Of a stretch of 64,000 nt of DNA, positions 25,415-37,500 are shown in pieces. The stretch comes from Heterodontus francisci. Taxonomy: Eukaryota. The position numbers and the translations under genes are program-made. Location: contig NC_090402.1 in NCBI RefSeq assembly GCF_036365525.1, forward strand, positions 49,017,700 through 49,081,699. Reading direction: 5' to 3'. The notes beneath the pieces were generated by a model that was not told where the DNA came from, did not search any database, and saw only the letters and a program-made list of their open reading frames with translations. Position 1 is the stretch's first letter; every line of letters begins with the position of its first letter.

Positions 25415-27981
25415 CCTTTTTTTTTCCTATCTATCTTTTGGGCCTCCTTATCTCGAGAGACAATAGATACGCGCCTGGAGGTGGTCAGTGGTTTGTGAAG
25501 CAGCGCCTGGAGTGGCTATAAAGGCCAATTCTGGAGTGACAGGCTCTTCCACAGGTGCTGCAGAGAAATTTGTTTGTTGGGGCTGTTGCACAGTTGGCTC
25601 TCCCCTTGCGCCTCTGTCTTTTTTCCTGCCAACTACTAAGTCTCTTCGACTCGCCACAATTTAGCCCTGTCTTTATGGCTGCCCGCCAGCTCTGGCGAAT
25701 GCTGGCAACTGACTCCCACGACTTGTGATCAATGTCACACGATTTCATGTCGCGTTTGCAGACGTCTTTATAACGGAGACATGGACGGCCGGTGGGTCTG
25801 ATACCAGTGGCGAGCTCGCTGTACAATGTGTCTTTGGGGATCCTGCCATCTTCCATGCGGCTCACATGGCCAAGCCATCTCAAGCGCCGCTGACTCAGTA
25901 GTGTGTATAAGCTGGGGGTGTTGGCCGCTTCAAGGACTTCTGTGTTGGAGATATAGTCCTGCCACCTGATGCCAAGTATTCTCCGAAGGCAGCGAAGATG
26001 GAATGAATTGAGACGTCGCTCTTGGCTGGCATACGTTGTCCAGGCCTCGCTGCCGTAGAGCAAGGTACTGAGGACACAGGCCTGATACACTCGGACTTTT
26101 GTGTTCCGTGTCAGTGCGCCATTTTCCCACACTCTCTTGGCCAGTCTGGACATAGCAGTGGAAGCCTTACCCATGCGCTTGTTGATTTCTGCATCTAGAG
26201 ACAGGTTACTGGTGATAGTTGAGCCTAGGTAGGTGAACTCTTGAACCACTTCCAGAGCGTGGTCGCCAATATTGATGGATGGAGCATTTCTGACATCCTG
26301 CCCCATGATGTTCGTTTTCTTGAGGCTGATGGTTAGGCCAAATTCATTGCAGGCAGACGCAAACCTGTCGATGAGACTCTGCAGGCATTCGTCAGTGAGA
26401 GATGTTAAAGCAGCATCGTCAGCAAAGAGGAGTTCTCTGATGAGGACTTTCCGTACTTTGGACTTCGCTCTTAGATGGGCAAGGTTGAACAACCTGCCCC
26501 CTGATCTTGTGTGGAGGAAAATTCCTTCTTCAGAGGATTTGAACGCATGTGAAAGCAGCAGGGAGAAGAAAATCCCAAAAAGGGTGGGTGCGAGAACACA
26601 GCCCTGTTTCACACCACTCAGGATAGGAAAGGGCTCTGATGAGGAGCCACCATGTTGAATTGTGCCTTTCATATTGTCATGGAATGAGGTGATGATACTT
26701 AGTAGCTTTGGTGGACATCCGATCTTTTCTAGTAGTCTGAAGAGACCACGTCTGCTGACGAGGTCAAAGGCTTTGGTGAGATCAATGAAAGCAATGTAGA
26801 GGGGCATCTGTTGTTCACGGCATTTCTCCTGTATCTGACGAAGGGAGAGCAGCATGTCAATAGTCGATCTCTCTGCACGAAAGCCACACTGTGCCTCAGG
26901 GTAGACGCGCTCGGCCAGCTTCTGGAGCCTGTTCAGAGCGACTCGAGCAAAGACTTTCCCCACTATGCTGAGCAGGGAGATTCCACGGTAGTTGTTGCAG
27001 TCACCGCGGTCACCTTTGTTTTTATAGAGGGTGATGATGTTGGCATCGCGCATGTCCTGGGGTACTGCTCCCTCGTCCCAGCACAGGCATAGCAGTTCAT
27101 GTAGTGCTGAGAGTATAGCAGGCTTGGCACTCTTGATTATTTCAGGGGTAATGCTGTCCTTCCCAGGGGCTTTTCCGCTGGCTAGGGAATCAATGGCATC
27201 ACTGAGTTCCGATTTGGTTGGCTGTATGTCCAGCTCATCCATGACTGGTAGAGGCTGGGCTGCATTGAGGGCAGTCTCAGTGACAGCATTCTCCCTGGAG
27301 TTCAGTTCTAGGTAGTGCTCAACCCAGCGGTCCATCTGTTTGCGTTGGTCAGTGATTATGTCCCCCGATTTAGATTTGAGGGGGGTGATCTTCTTGATGG
27401 TTGGCCCAAGAGCTCTCTTCATGCCATCATACATTCCTCTGATGTTTCCGGTGTCTGAGGCCAGCTGAATATGACTGCATAGGTGTTGCCAGTAGTCGTT
27501 TGCGCAACGCCTAGCTGTTCTTTGTGCAGTACTTCTGGCTGCTTTAAGTGCTGCGGATGTTAAATCGCTGGGGGCTTTCTTGTAGTTCAAGAGTGCAATG
27601 CGCTTAGCGGCTATGACAGGTTCCAGCTCTTCATTATGAGATTGAAACCAGTCTGCATTTCTCTTCGCACTTTTGCCGTAGGTGGTCAAAGCTGACTCAT
27701 AGATGGCGTCTCTGATGTGGGCCCACTTGGTCTCAGCATCCCCTGTGGGAGTGTTTTGAAGGGCTGTTACAAGTGAATTTAGAAATTTTTGTAACAGCTG
27801 TGGGTGAGAAATTCTGCTCGTGTTGATGCGCGGGTGGCCCTTCTGCTTGGAATGATGCAACTTCTTTGGTCTGAGTCTAACCTTGCTGCACACCAGGGAG
27901 TGGTCGGTGTTGCAGTCCGCACTGTGGAAGCTGCGTGTGATTTGAACACTGTTTAAGGCGGCTCGCCTTGTGACAATGAGG
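25415..27981 (-). mobile_element. RTE-clade LINE, 5'-truncated, uninterrupted ORF (end of APE, RT, C-terminal CCHC-like motif)
   Basis: ORF 25485-28064: NYRGISLLS, FIDLTKAFD, GVKQGCVLAP, LLFADD, CSTCGRACHSRIGLYSH. TSD ACTACATT at 25407-25414 and 27982-27989; A-rich tail. Confidence 0.93.
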
Positions 27982-29074
27982 ACTACATTAAAGGCACTAT
28001 ATAAATGTAGGTTGTTGCTGAAGTTGTAAAATTTGACCTCCAGAGATTGTGGGACCAAAGTCATTACTCAATGTTTCTCTCTGGTGCGCCTTGCTGTCAT
28101 TGTGTTAAATTAAAAGAAAGCTGCTATGAAATCACTTTGCAGCCTTTTATGCTCCAGTAGAAACCTTCTCAGTATCTCAATATCAAGAGGCAGATGTGTC
28201 TGGGAAAGACGACTGTAAACATGGAGGTTCAGGATCTGAAAGGACTCGGGACTTATTGTAAATGGCTGTTACATTGCAGTGAATACTGGACTGGGACAAG
28301 TGATGATGGTGCAGCTGTGTAAATAGCACCAAATACTGTCTGCCTGTGTTACAACAATGTGACCTGTGAATGGATGCATCAAACTGCCACCTGTGCAAAA
28401 GGTAAGAATTAATCACAGAAGAAAATGAGAAAAACCAACTGTTTCATGCATTTGTTTTTATTCAGTTTTATTTGCTTTGCTAAGCAGCCTTACATTGTGA
28501 TAATTGTACAGACACTAGGAGCGCAGAGGCAAGGGAAAGGCTGTGAGGCATCAATTCCATCAGTGATATGACTTCAACAACATTGTTTGAAATATTACAG
28601 AATCAGTACGACATCAGTCACTGGTTCAAATAGTGTCCCTGTTTAAACTAAAGTCTCATTGGGGCCAGTTATTATTGGATCTAACCAGCAATATTCTCCA
28701 GGGCTCTGACCAGTGCCCAGCATGAACATGTTGCCCTGATATTTGTTGAATGTTTTCAGGCACTTGTTGGATGACCTGAGCTGTAATATAAAGTGTTAGT
28801 TGCTGATTCCATTTTTAAGAATTAAGTTTTGTGTAATTTTCACATGTTTGTACTTTCAGATTGAGTTTATAATTCAATGTCACACTGACCCCCACAAGCA
28901 AATATTTGTAAATCGGCAGCACAGATTTCAGCTCATTAAATTATGATCAGTAATTTCTTTATTTCAGCACATGTAGACAAATAGCTAGGGTTGTAGTTCA
29001 ATGCGTTCATCCTTCATTAAATGGTCCTTCCCTCCATGGAGAATGAGATCAATCAAACTGCAATAGATGTAAAA

Positions 29075-29126
29075 TAAATTAGACGTTCTTCTTTATTGAG
29101 TTTCCTTGCTCTGTATTACACCTGCT
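29075..29126 (-). other. Candidate terminal (3' UTR/poly(A)) exon of the prepropeptide gene
   Basis: Minus strand: atttctcacttacattccacag|AGCAGGTGTAATACAGAGCAAGGAAACTCAATAAA... AATAAA at 29097-29092 followed by U-rich sequence; 3' end approximate. Confidence 0.6.
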
Positions 29127-29916
29127 CTGTGGAATGTAAGTGAGAAATATAACAGTATAAAAAGTGGCAGAACAAAAATGAATGGCTTTTCTGAACATTG
29201 TCTCCTGATTGTACAGATTTTTATATTCAAGAAACAATAATGAACCTTTGTGAAGGACCATAAACAATCCAGCTGTTAAAGGGATGGCTTGTGTCTGCCC
29301 CCCAAGTGGATCAGTGAGTAACCGTGAGCACTCCTGGTACTGCAGGATGCCAGTGACATAATACTCTTTGCTAGATTGGCAGCTGCTGGTTGGGACAGGG
29401 GTGGTGAGGCTGCAGTCCATGACGGGTAGGTGAACTCACAGTGCTGTTAGGAAGAGGGTTCCAGGATTTTGACCCAGCAACAGTGAAGGAACAGCAATAT
29501 AGTTCCAAGTCAGGATGGTGTGTGGCTTGGAGGGGACTTTGCCGGTGAGGGTGTTGCCATGCATCTGCTGCCCTTGTTCTTTTGGGTATTAGATTTCGTG
29601 GGTTTGGAAGATGCTGTCTAGGGAGCCTTGGTACATTGCTGCAGTGCATCTTGTAGATAGTACACACACTACTGCCACTGTGGTGGAGGGAGTGAATGTT
29701 TGTGGATGGTGTGCCATTCAAGCGGCTGCTTTGTCCTGCATGATGTCGAGCTTCTTGTGTGTTGTTGGAACTGCACCCATCCAGGCAAGTGGAGAGTGTT
29801 CCATCACACTCCTGATTTGTGCCTTGTAGATGTTGGACAGGCTTTGGGGAGTTAGGAGGTGAGTTACTCGCAGCAGGATTCCTGGCCTCTGATCTGCACT
29901 TGTAGCCATGGTATTT

Positions 29917-30755
29917 ACCTGGTTGAGTGAGTGGGCAAATGCATGGCGGATGCAGTATAATGTGGATAATTATGAGGTTATCCACTTTGGTTGCAAAAAC
30001 AGGAAGGCAGATCATTATTTGAACAGCTATAAACTGAGAGAGGGGAATATGCAGCGAGGCCTGGGTGTTCTCATACACCAGTCGCTGAAGGTAAGCATGC
30101 AGGTGCAACAGGCGGTAAAAAGGGCAAATGGTATGTTGGCCTTCATAGCGAGAGGATTCGAATACAGGAGCAGGGATGTCTTGCTGCAATTATACAGGGC
30201 CTTGGTGAGGCCACACCTGGAATATTATGTGCAGTTGTGGTCTCCTTATCTGAGGAAGGATGTTCTTGCTACAGAGGGTGTGCAGCGAAGGTTTACCAGA
30301 CTGATTCCTGGGATGGTGGGATTGTATGAGGAGAGATTGAGTCGGTTAGGATTATATTCGCTGGAGTTCAGAAGAGTGAGGGGGGGATCTCCTAGAAGCA
30401 AATAAAATTCTAACAGGACTTGACAGGGTAGATGCAGGAAGGATGTTCCCGATGGTCGGGGAGTTCAGAACCAGGGTTCATAGCCTAAGGATACGGGGTA
30501 AACCTTTCAGGCCTGAGATGAGCAGAAATTTCTTCACCCTGTGGAATTCGCTACCACAGAAAGCAGTTGAGGCCAAAACATTGTATGTGTTCAAGAAGGA
30601 ATTAGATATAGCTCTTGGATCTAAAGGGAACAAAGGTTATGGGGCGAAAGCGGGAACAGGTTACTGAGTTGGATGATCAACCATGATCCTAATGAATGGC
30701 AGAGCAGGCTCGAAGGGCTGAATGGCCTACTCCTGCTCCTATTTTCTATTTTTCT
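29917..30755 (+). mobile_element. CR1 LINE 3' fragment nested in older LINE
   Basis: ORFs 29908-30405 (RPHLEYYVQLWSP) and 30443-30667; CR1 3' UTR tail. Confidence 0.85.
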
Positions 30756-32891
30756 ATATGGCTACTCCAGTTCAGTTTCTGGTCAATGGTAACCCCCAGG
30801 ATGTTGATAGTGGGGGATTCAGCAATCGTAATGCCATTGAATGTCAAGGGGTGTTGGTTAGATTCTCTCTTGTTGGAGATAGTCATTGTCTGGAACTTAT
30901 GTGACATGAATGTTACTTGCCACCTATCAACCTTAGCCTCAATATTGTTCAGGTCTTACTGCATTTCTACACGGACTGGTTCAGTATCTGTGGAGTCGCG
31001 ATTGGTGGTGAACATTGTGTATTATTAACGAACATCCCCACTTCTGACCTTATAATTGAAGGAAGGTCATTGATGAAGCAGCTAAAGATGGTTGGGCCAA
31101 GGACACTACCCTGAGATGATTGACCACCAACAACCATAATCATCTTCCTTTGTGCTAGGTATGACTCCAACCAACGGAGAGCACCCCCTGATTCCCATTG
31201 ACTCCTGTTTTGCTAGGGCTCCTTGCTGCCATACCTGGTCAAATGCTGCCTTGATGTCAAGGGCAGTCACTCTTGCCTCACCTCTTGAGTTCAGCTGTTC
31301 AGTCTATGTTTCAACCAAGGCTGTAATGAGATCAGGAGCTGAGTGGCCCTGGCGGAACCCAAACTGAGCGTCACTGAGCAGGTCATTGCTCAGCAAGTGT
31401 TGCTTGATGGCACTGTTGACAACACCTTCCATAACTTTGCTGATGATTGAGAGTAGGCTGATGGGGCGGTAACTGGCCGGGTTGGATTTGTCCTGCTTTT
31501 TGTGTACAGGACATACCTGGGCAATTTTCCACATTGCAGGGTAAATGCCAGTGTTGTAGCTGTCCTGGAATAGTTGGCTAGGGGCGCGGCAAGTTCTGGA
31601 GCACAGGTCTTCAGTACTATTTCTGGAATACTGTCAGGGCCCATAGCCTTTGCAGTATCCAATGCCTTCAGTCGTTTCTTGATATCACACGGAGTGAATC
31701 AAATTGGCTGAATACTGGCATCTATGATGCTGGGACTTCAGGAGGAGGCCGAGATGCATCATCAACTCGGCACTTCTGGTTGAAGATTGTTGCAAATGCT
31801 TCAGCATTATTTTTTACGCTGATGTGCTGGGCTCCCCATCATTGAGGATGGGGATATTTGAGGAGCCACCTCTTCCAGTTAGTTGTTTGAAGGTCCACCA
31901 CCATTCACAACTAGATCTGCACAACTGCAGAGCTTATATCTGATCCATTGGTTATGGGATCACTTAGCTCTGTCTATCGCATGCTGCTTACGCAGTTTGG
32001 CATGCACTATTGTAGATTAACACCTCATTTTGAGGTATGTCTACTGCTGCTCCTGGCATGCCCTCCTGCACTCTTCATTGAACCAGGGTTGGTCCCCTGG
32101 CTTGATGGTAATGGTAGAGTGGGGATATGCCAGGCCATGAGGTTACAGGTTGTGATTGCGTACAATTCTGCTGCTGCTGATGGCCCACAGCACCTCATGA
32201 ATGCCCAATTTTGCATTGCTAGATCTGTTCAAAATCTATCCCATTTAGCACGGTGATAGTTCCACACAACACGATGGAGGAGATCCTTAATATGAAGGCG
32301 GAGCATCGTCTCCAGAAGGACTGTGCGGTGGTTACTCCTAACAATAATGTCATGGACAGATGCATCTGCGGCAGGCAGATTGATAATGAGGAGGAGGTCA
32401 AGTAGGTTTTTCCCTCTTGTTGGTTCCCTAACCACCTGTGGCAGACCCAGTCCAGCAGCTACATCATTTAGGACTCGGCTAACTCGGTCAGTAATGGTGC
32501 TACCGAGCCACTCTTGGTGATGGTCATTGAACCCAGAGTACATTCTGTGCCTTTGCCACCCTCAGTGCTTCTTCCAAGTGCTGTTCAACATGGAGAAGTA
32601 TTGATTCATCAGCTGGGGGAGGGCAGTATGTGGTAATCAGCAGGAGGTGTCCTTGTCCACATTTGACCTGATGCCATGAGATTTCATGGGGTCTGGCGAC
32701 GATGTTGAGGACTCCCAGGCCAACTCCCTCCTGACTGTATACCATTTTGCCGCCACCTCTGCTGGGCCTGCCCTGCCGGTAGGACAGGACATACCCGGGA
32801 ATGGTGATGGCGGTGTCTGGGACGTTGTCTGTAAGGTATGATTCCGTGAGTATGACAATGTCAGGCTGTTGCTTGACTAGTCTGTGGGACA

Positions 32892-33255
32892 AAATTTTGA
32901 GGGGCCTGGATAGAGTGGAGGTGAAGGGTCTATTTACCTTAGCAGAGCGGTCACTGACGAGTGGGCATAGATTTAAAGTGATTGGTAGAAAAATTAGAGG
33001 GGAGATGAGGAAAAACGTTTTCACCCAGAGGGTGGTGATGATCTGGAACTCACTGCCTGAAAGGGTACTTGAGGCAGAGACCCTCAACTCATTCAAAAGG
33101 AATCTGGATATGCACCTCAAGTGCTGTGAGCTGCAGGGCAATGGACCAAATGCTGGAAGGTGAGATTAGATTAGGTGGATAGTTTTTTGGCCTGCACAGA
33201 CATGATGGGCCAAGTAGCCTCTTTCCGTGCCTTAAACTTTCTATGATTCTATTCT
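32892..33255 (+). mobile_element. CR1 LINE extreme 3' fragment nested in older LINE
   Basis: KILRGLDRVE...FTQRVVMIWNSLP followed by TTCTATGATTCTAT tail. Confidence 0.8.
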
Positions 33256-34233
33256 GTGACAGCTCTCCCAGCTTTGGCACAAGCCCCCAGTTGTTAGTAA
33301 GGAGGACTTTGCAGGGTCGACAGTGCTTGGTTTGCCATTGTGGTTTCCGATGCCTCAGTGGATGCCGAGTGGTCCATCTGGTTTCATTCCTTATTGACTT
33401 CGTAGCCATTAGCTACAACTGAGTGGCTTGCTAGGCCATTTCAGAGTCAACCACATTGCTGTGGGTCTGGACACATGCAGGCCAGACCGGGTTAGGACAG
33501 CAGATTTCTTCCCTAAAGGACATCAGTCAACCAGTTGGGTTTTTACAATAATGGACAATGGTTTCATGGCCATCATTAGACTAGCTTTTTTTAAATTCCA
33601 GATTTATTAATTGAATTGAAATTCCACCTTCTGCCCTGGTGGGATTCGAGCCCTTGTCCCCACAGCAATACCCTGGGTCTCTGGGTTACTAGACCAGTGA
33701 CAATGCCACTACGCCTCTGCTTCCCCTGTCACATTTCCTACAATACAGCAGTGACTATACTTCAAAAGCACTTCATTAACTTCAATTTCTTCGGGATGTC
33801 CTGTAGCTGGGACAGGTGCCATATAAATGTAAGTCTTTCTTCCTTTACATTCTTTTTGCCTCTCTCATTTCCTTCCTCACTTCTCCTCTCTAGTCCCTGT
33901 ATTCAGCTTGATCCTCTCCCCTATTATTAACCTGATATTTATTCTAAGCCTCCTAGTTTTGTTTTATTTTTATCTCAATCTCTTTTGTCATCCCAGTGGC
34001 TCTAGCTTTGTATGCCCTCCCTTACCCCATCATAGGAATAAGTGTAGTCTGCACCTAATCTATCTTCTTAAGGCCTCCCATTGCTTATTTACTGCTTATG
34101 AAAAAGGACAAGAAATTATAAGAGGTGATAATTTGTCAGCTGTACTTAAGCTCTGCCGTCTGTTTCTCTGTGACTGGCAGCACAGCATAGATCAGTTCAG
34201 AGGCGAGGGAAACTTAGAATGACTTCTACTTAC

Positions 34234-34544
34234 TCAGACCTCAGCTGGAGGCTCTTGCTCAGCCGGAGGCTCTTGCTCAGCCGGAGGCTCTTGCTCAGCC
34301 GGAGGCTCTTGCTCAGCCGGAGGCTCTTCCTCAGCCGGAAGCTCTTGCTCAGCCGGAGGCTCTTCCTCGGCCGAAGGAGGTGCTTTCTCCTCAGTAACTG
34401 GATATTTTGGCTTCAAAGTTTTCTTCATTTTCTTTGCTACTTTCTTCACTATTTTCTTTAGTTTCTTTGCTACTTTCTTCATTATTTTCTTTATTTTCTT
34501 TGCTATTTTCTTCGCTATTTTCTTTGCTTTCTTCAGGAACTTCT
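34234..34544 (-). CDS. Prepropeptide exon 5: Lys-rich helix plus acidic Pro/Glu tail and stop
   Basis: Acceptor ttgccttctatttcag|AGAAGTTCC; ends GTCTGA|gtaagt. Corresponds to ORF 34234-34560. Confidence 0.85.
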
Positions 34545-37500
34545 CTGAAATAGAAGGCAATATTACATCTATCTGGTGTTTTCATTTTGGAACTTTTGGT
34601 CCAAGTTGCAGCTTCGATAATTAGTGATTTATTCAGCTGCATTTCTTAAAACTCCTCCACTTCATCTGGGTTTGCTTATTCAGTGCTGTAGCACCAAACT
34701 GTGCCCTGATGTGGTACTAAATTCTCTTTCAGGGATAACTAATGTGAGAAATTAAAGTGATAAACTGATGCAGTGAGCGATTTTAATGTTAGGGCTTGGC
34801 AGCATTAATGGAGCTGAGAACTGAGCAGTTCACTTTGACCGGGGGATGTTTTCTGCAGGTAACAATGCATTAAGTTACTGTGACGTAGCATATAGAAAGC
34901 ACTGGGTCCTCATAGTTTACACCCCAAGGATTCCTGAAAGCAAACTAGGGAGAAATATCACAAGTCCCACTATAATTTTCTAAATCTCTGAAAAAGTACT
35001 CTGAAAAGTAAAATTGTGCCAGGGACTGCTGGGAAATATCATTCTCTTCAAAAAGGGAGACAGGCACAAGCTGAGAATTTATAATCTCACTTCAATTGTT
35101 GGTAAACCACTAGACTACATAATACCAGAAAGAATTATTATGGCCAACACTTGGGGAGAAAGATGATTAGAGGAGAGAAAGGGAGTTAGTTAGAATGGAA
35201 AGGTAAGGTGAGTGATATATACTTATATACTTTGTTCTTTGATGATCTGGACTAAGGAATTGAGGAAACAATATCGAGATTTGCCAAAGACACCCAATTG
35301 AGGAGGATGGCCCATTCAGACAAAGAGCTTAAAAGATATTAGTTGGTTACAGGATTGGCAGGTGAGTAGAACTCCCCTCCTGACTCCCCAAAGCCTGTCC
35401 ACCATCAACAAGGCACAAGTCAGGAGTGTGATGGAATACTCTCCACTTGCCTGGACGGGTGCAGCTCCAACAACACTCAAGAAGCTTGACACCATCCAGA
35501 ACAAAGCAGCCCGCTTGATTGGCACACCACGCACAAACATTCACTCCCTCCACCACCGACGCACAGTGGCAGCAGTGTGTACCACCTACAAGATGCACTG
35601 CAACAATGTGCTGGTGTCCTATGTCGGCCAGACCAGGTAAGGACAGCAGATTTCCTTCCCTAAAGGACATTAGTGAACCAGATGGGTTTTTACAACAATC
35701 GACAATGGTTTCATGGCCATCATTAGACTAACTTTTAATCGCAGATTCATTAATTGAATTCAGATTCCACCTTCTACTGTGGTGGGATTCGAGCCCATAT
35801 CCCCAGAGCAATAAAATAAAAGCAAAATACTGCAGATGCTGGAAATCTGAAATAAAAGCAATCAATGCTGGAAATACTCAGCAGGTCTGGCAGCATCTGT
35901 GGAGCGAGAGAGGAGCAGAGTTAACGTTTCAGGTCAGTGACCCTTCTTCAGAACTGACAAATATCAGAAATGTAATAGGTTTTAAGCAAGTAAAGTGGGG
36001 TGGGGTAAGAGATCACAAAAAATAAAGTGTTGTTAGGATAAGGTCACAGAGAATAACTGACCACAAGGTCATGCAACAGAGGCAAATGGTATGTTACTGG
36101 TGTGCTGAAAGACAAAGCGTTAGTGCAGAGAGGATGTGAATAGACTGTAAAGCACAAAGCACTCCAAGCACAAACATTTCTGTTTTTTTAAAAAAACAGA
36201 AACAGTGGGTAGGCACAGTAGAAACAAACTAACCAAAATAAAAAAAATTAAAATAAAATAATCAAATAAAAAACAGTAAAAGAAAAAATAACTAAACTTA
36301 AAATGGGGCGGGGGGGTGGGGAGGTGGGGGTGGAGCCGTCATGCTCTGAAATGAATGGATTCAGTGTTCAGTCCGGCAGGGTGTAGTGTGTCTAATCGGT
36401 AAATGAGATGCTGTTCCTCGATTTTGTGTTGTTGTTTGCTGGAACACTGCAGGAGTCCCAGGACAGAGATGTGAGCATGGGAGCGGGTGGGGGGGAGCGG
36501 GGGGTTGGTGGTGTTGAAATGGCCAGCAACCGGAAGTTCAGGGTCCTGCTTACGGACTGAGTGGAGGTGTTCTGCAAAGCGGTCACCCAATCTGCGTTTG
36601 GTCTCCCCAATGTAGAGGAGACCACATTGTGAGCAGCGAATACAGTACACTAAATTGAAAGAAGTACAAGTAAATCGCTGCTTCGCCTGAAAGGAGTGTT
36701 TGGGGCCTTGGATAGTGAGGAGAGATGACAATTCCCTTCCCTTCCTCAACTTCTCTGTCTCCATCTCCAGTGATAGACTGTCTACTAATATTCATTATAA
36801 GCTCACCGACTCCCACAGCTACCTCGACTACACTTCTTCATACCCTGCCTCCTGTAAGGACTCCATTCTCCCAGTATCTCCGCTCCGACGCATCTGCTCT
36901 GATGATGCAACCTTCCACGACAGTGCTTCTGATATGTCTTCCTTTTTCCTCAACCGAGGATTCCCCCTCCACTGTGGTTGACAGGGCCCTCAACCGTGAC
37001 CAGCCCATTTCCTGCACCTCTACCCTCGCCCCTTCCCCTCCCTCCTAGAACCGCGATAGGGTTCCCCTTGTCCTCATTTTCCACCCCACCAGTCTCCACA
37101 TCGAAAGAATCATCCTCCCCCACTTCCGCCACATCCAGCGTGATGCCACTACCAAAGGCATCTTCCCCTTCCTTCCCCTGTCAGCATTCCGAAGGCATCG
37201 TTCGCTCTGCGACACCCTGGTCCACTCCTCCATTACCCCCACCATTTCGTCCCCTTCCCACGGCACCTTCCCCTGCAATCACAGGAGGTGTAATATCTGC
37301 CCATTTACCTCCACTCTCCTCACTAGCCAAGGCCCCAAACATTCCTTTCAGGCGAGGCAGCGATTTACTTGTACTTCTTTCAATGTAGTATAGTGTACTC
37401 ACTGCTCACAATGTGGTGTCCTCTACGTCTGGGAGACCAAGCGCAGACTGGGTGACCGCTTTGCGGAACACCTTCGCTCAGTCCATAAGCATGACCCCGA

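Larger units (their letters stand above)
29300..33400 (-). mobile_element. Long decayed LINE (CR1/L2-superclade family; APE, RT, 3' end)
   Basis: ORF pieces 32524-33141 (PDIVILTES), 32229-32543, 31304-31662 (YRPISLLS, QFGFR), 30967-31170 (QGSVLGP), 29718-29909. Confidence 0.85.

Noticed and set aside
28155-28407. Possible plus-strand exon ending AAG|GTAAGA
   Set aside because: No recognisable protein or partner exon; at most a non-coding exon, unsupported.
34219-34461. Plus-strand ORF with (SRRLLL)n
   Set aside because: Antisense shadow of the 18-bp AEQEPP repeat; no supporting gene structure.
34234-34560. Single-exon histone H1/protamine-like ORF starting MPSISE
   Set aside because: The start is a TTG inside the polypyrimidine tract of a splice acceptor; no histone globular domain.
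34391-34642. Alternative acidic frame of exon 5 (EVPEESKENSEENSKE...)
   Set aside because: It needs a phase-2 upstream exon, but all identified upstream exons end in phase 1. The Lys frame completes KR-GLKKFL and stays open to the donor.
36304-36335. G-run, potential G-quadruplex (also 9212-9241)
   Set aside because: Both lie in variable linker regions of retroelements; no evidence of a host function.
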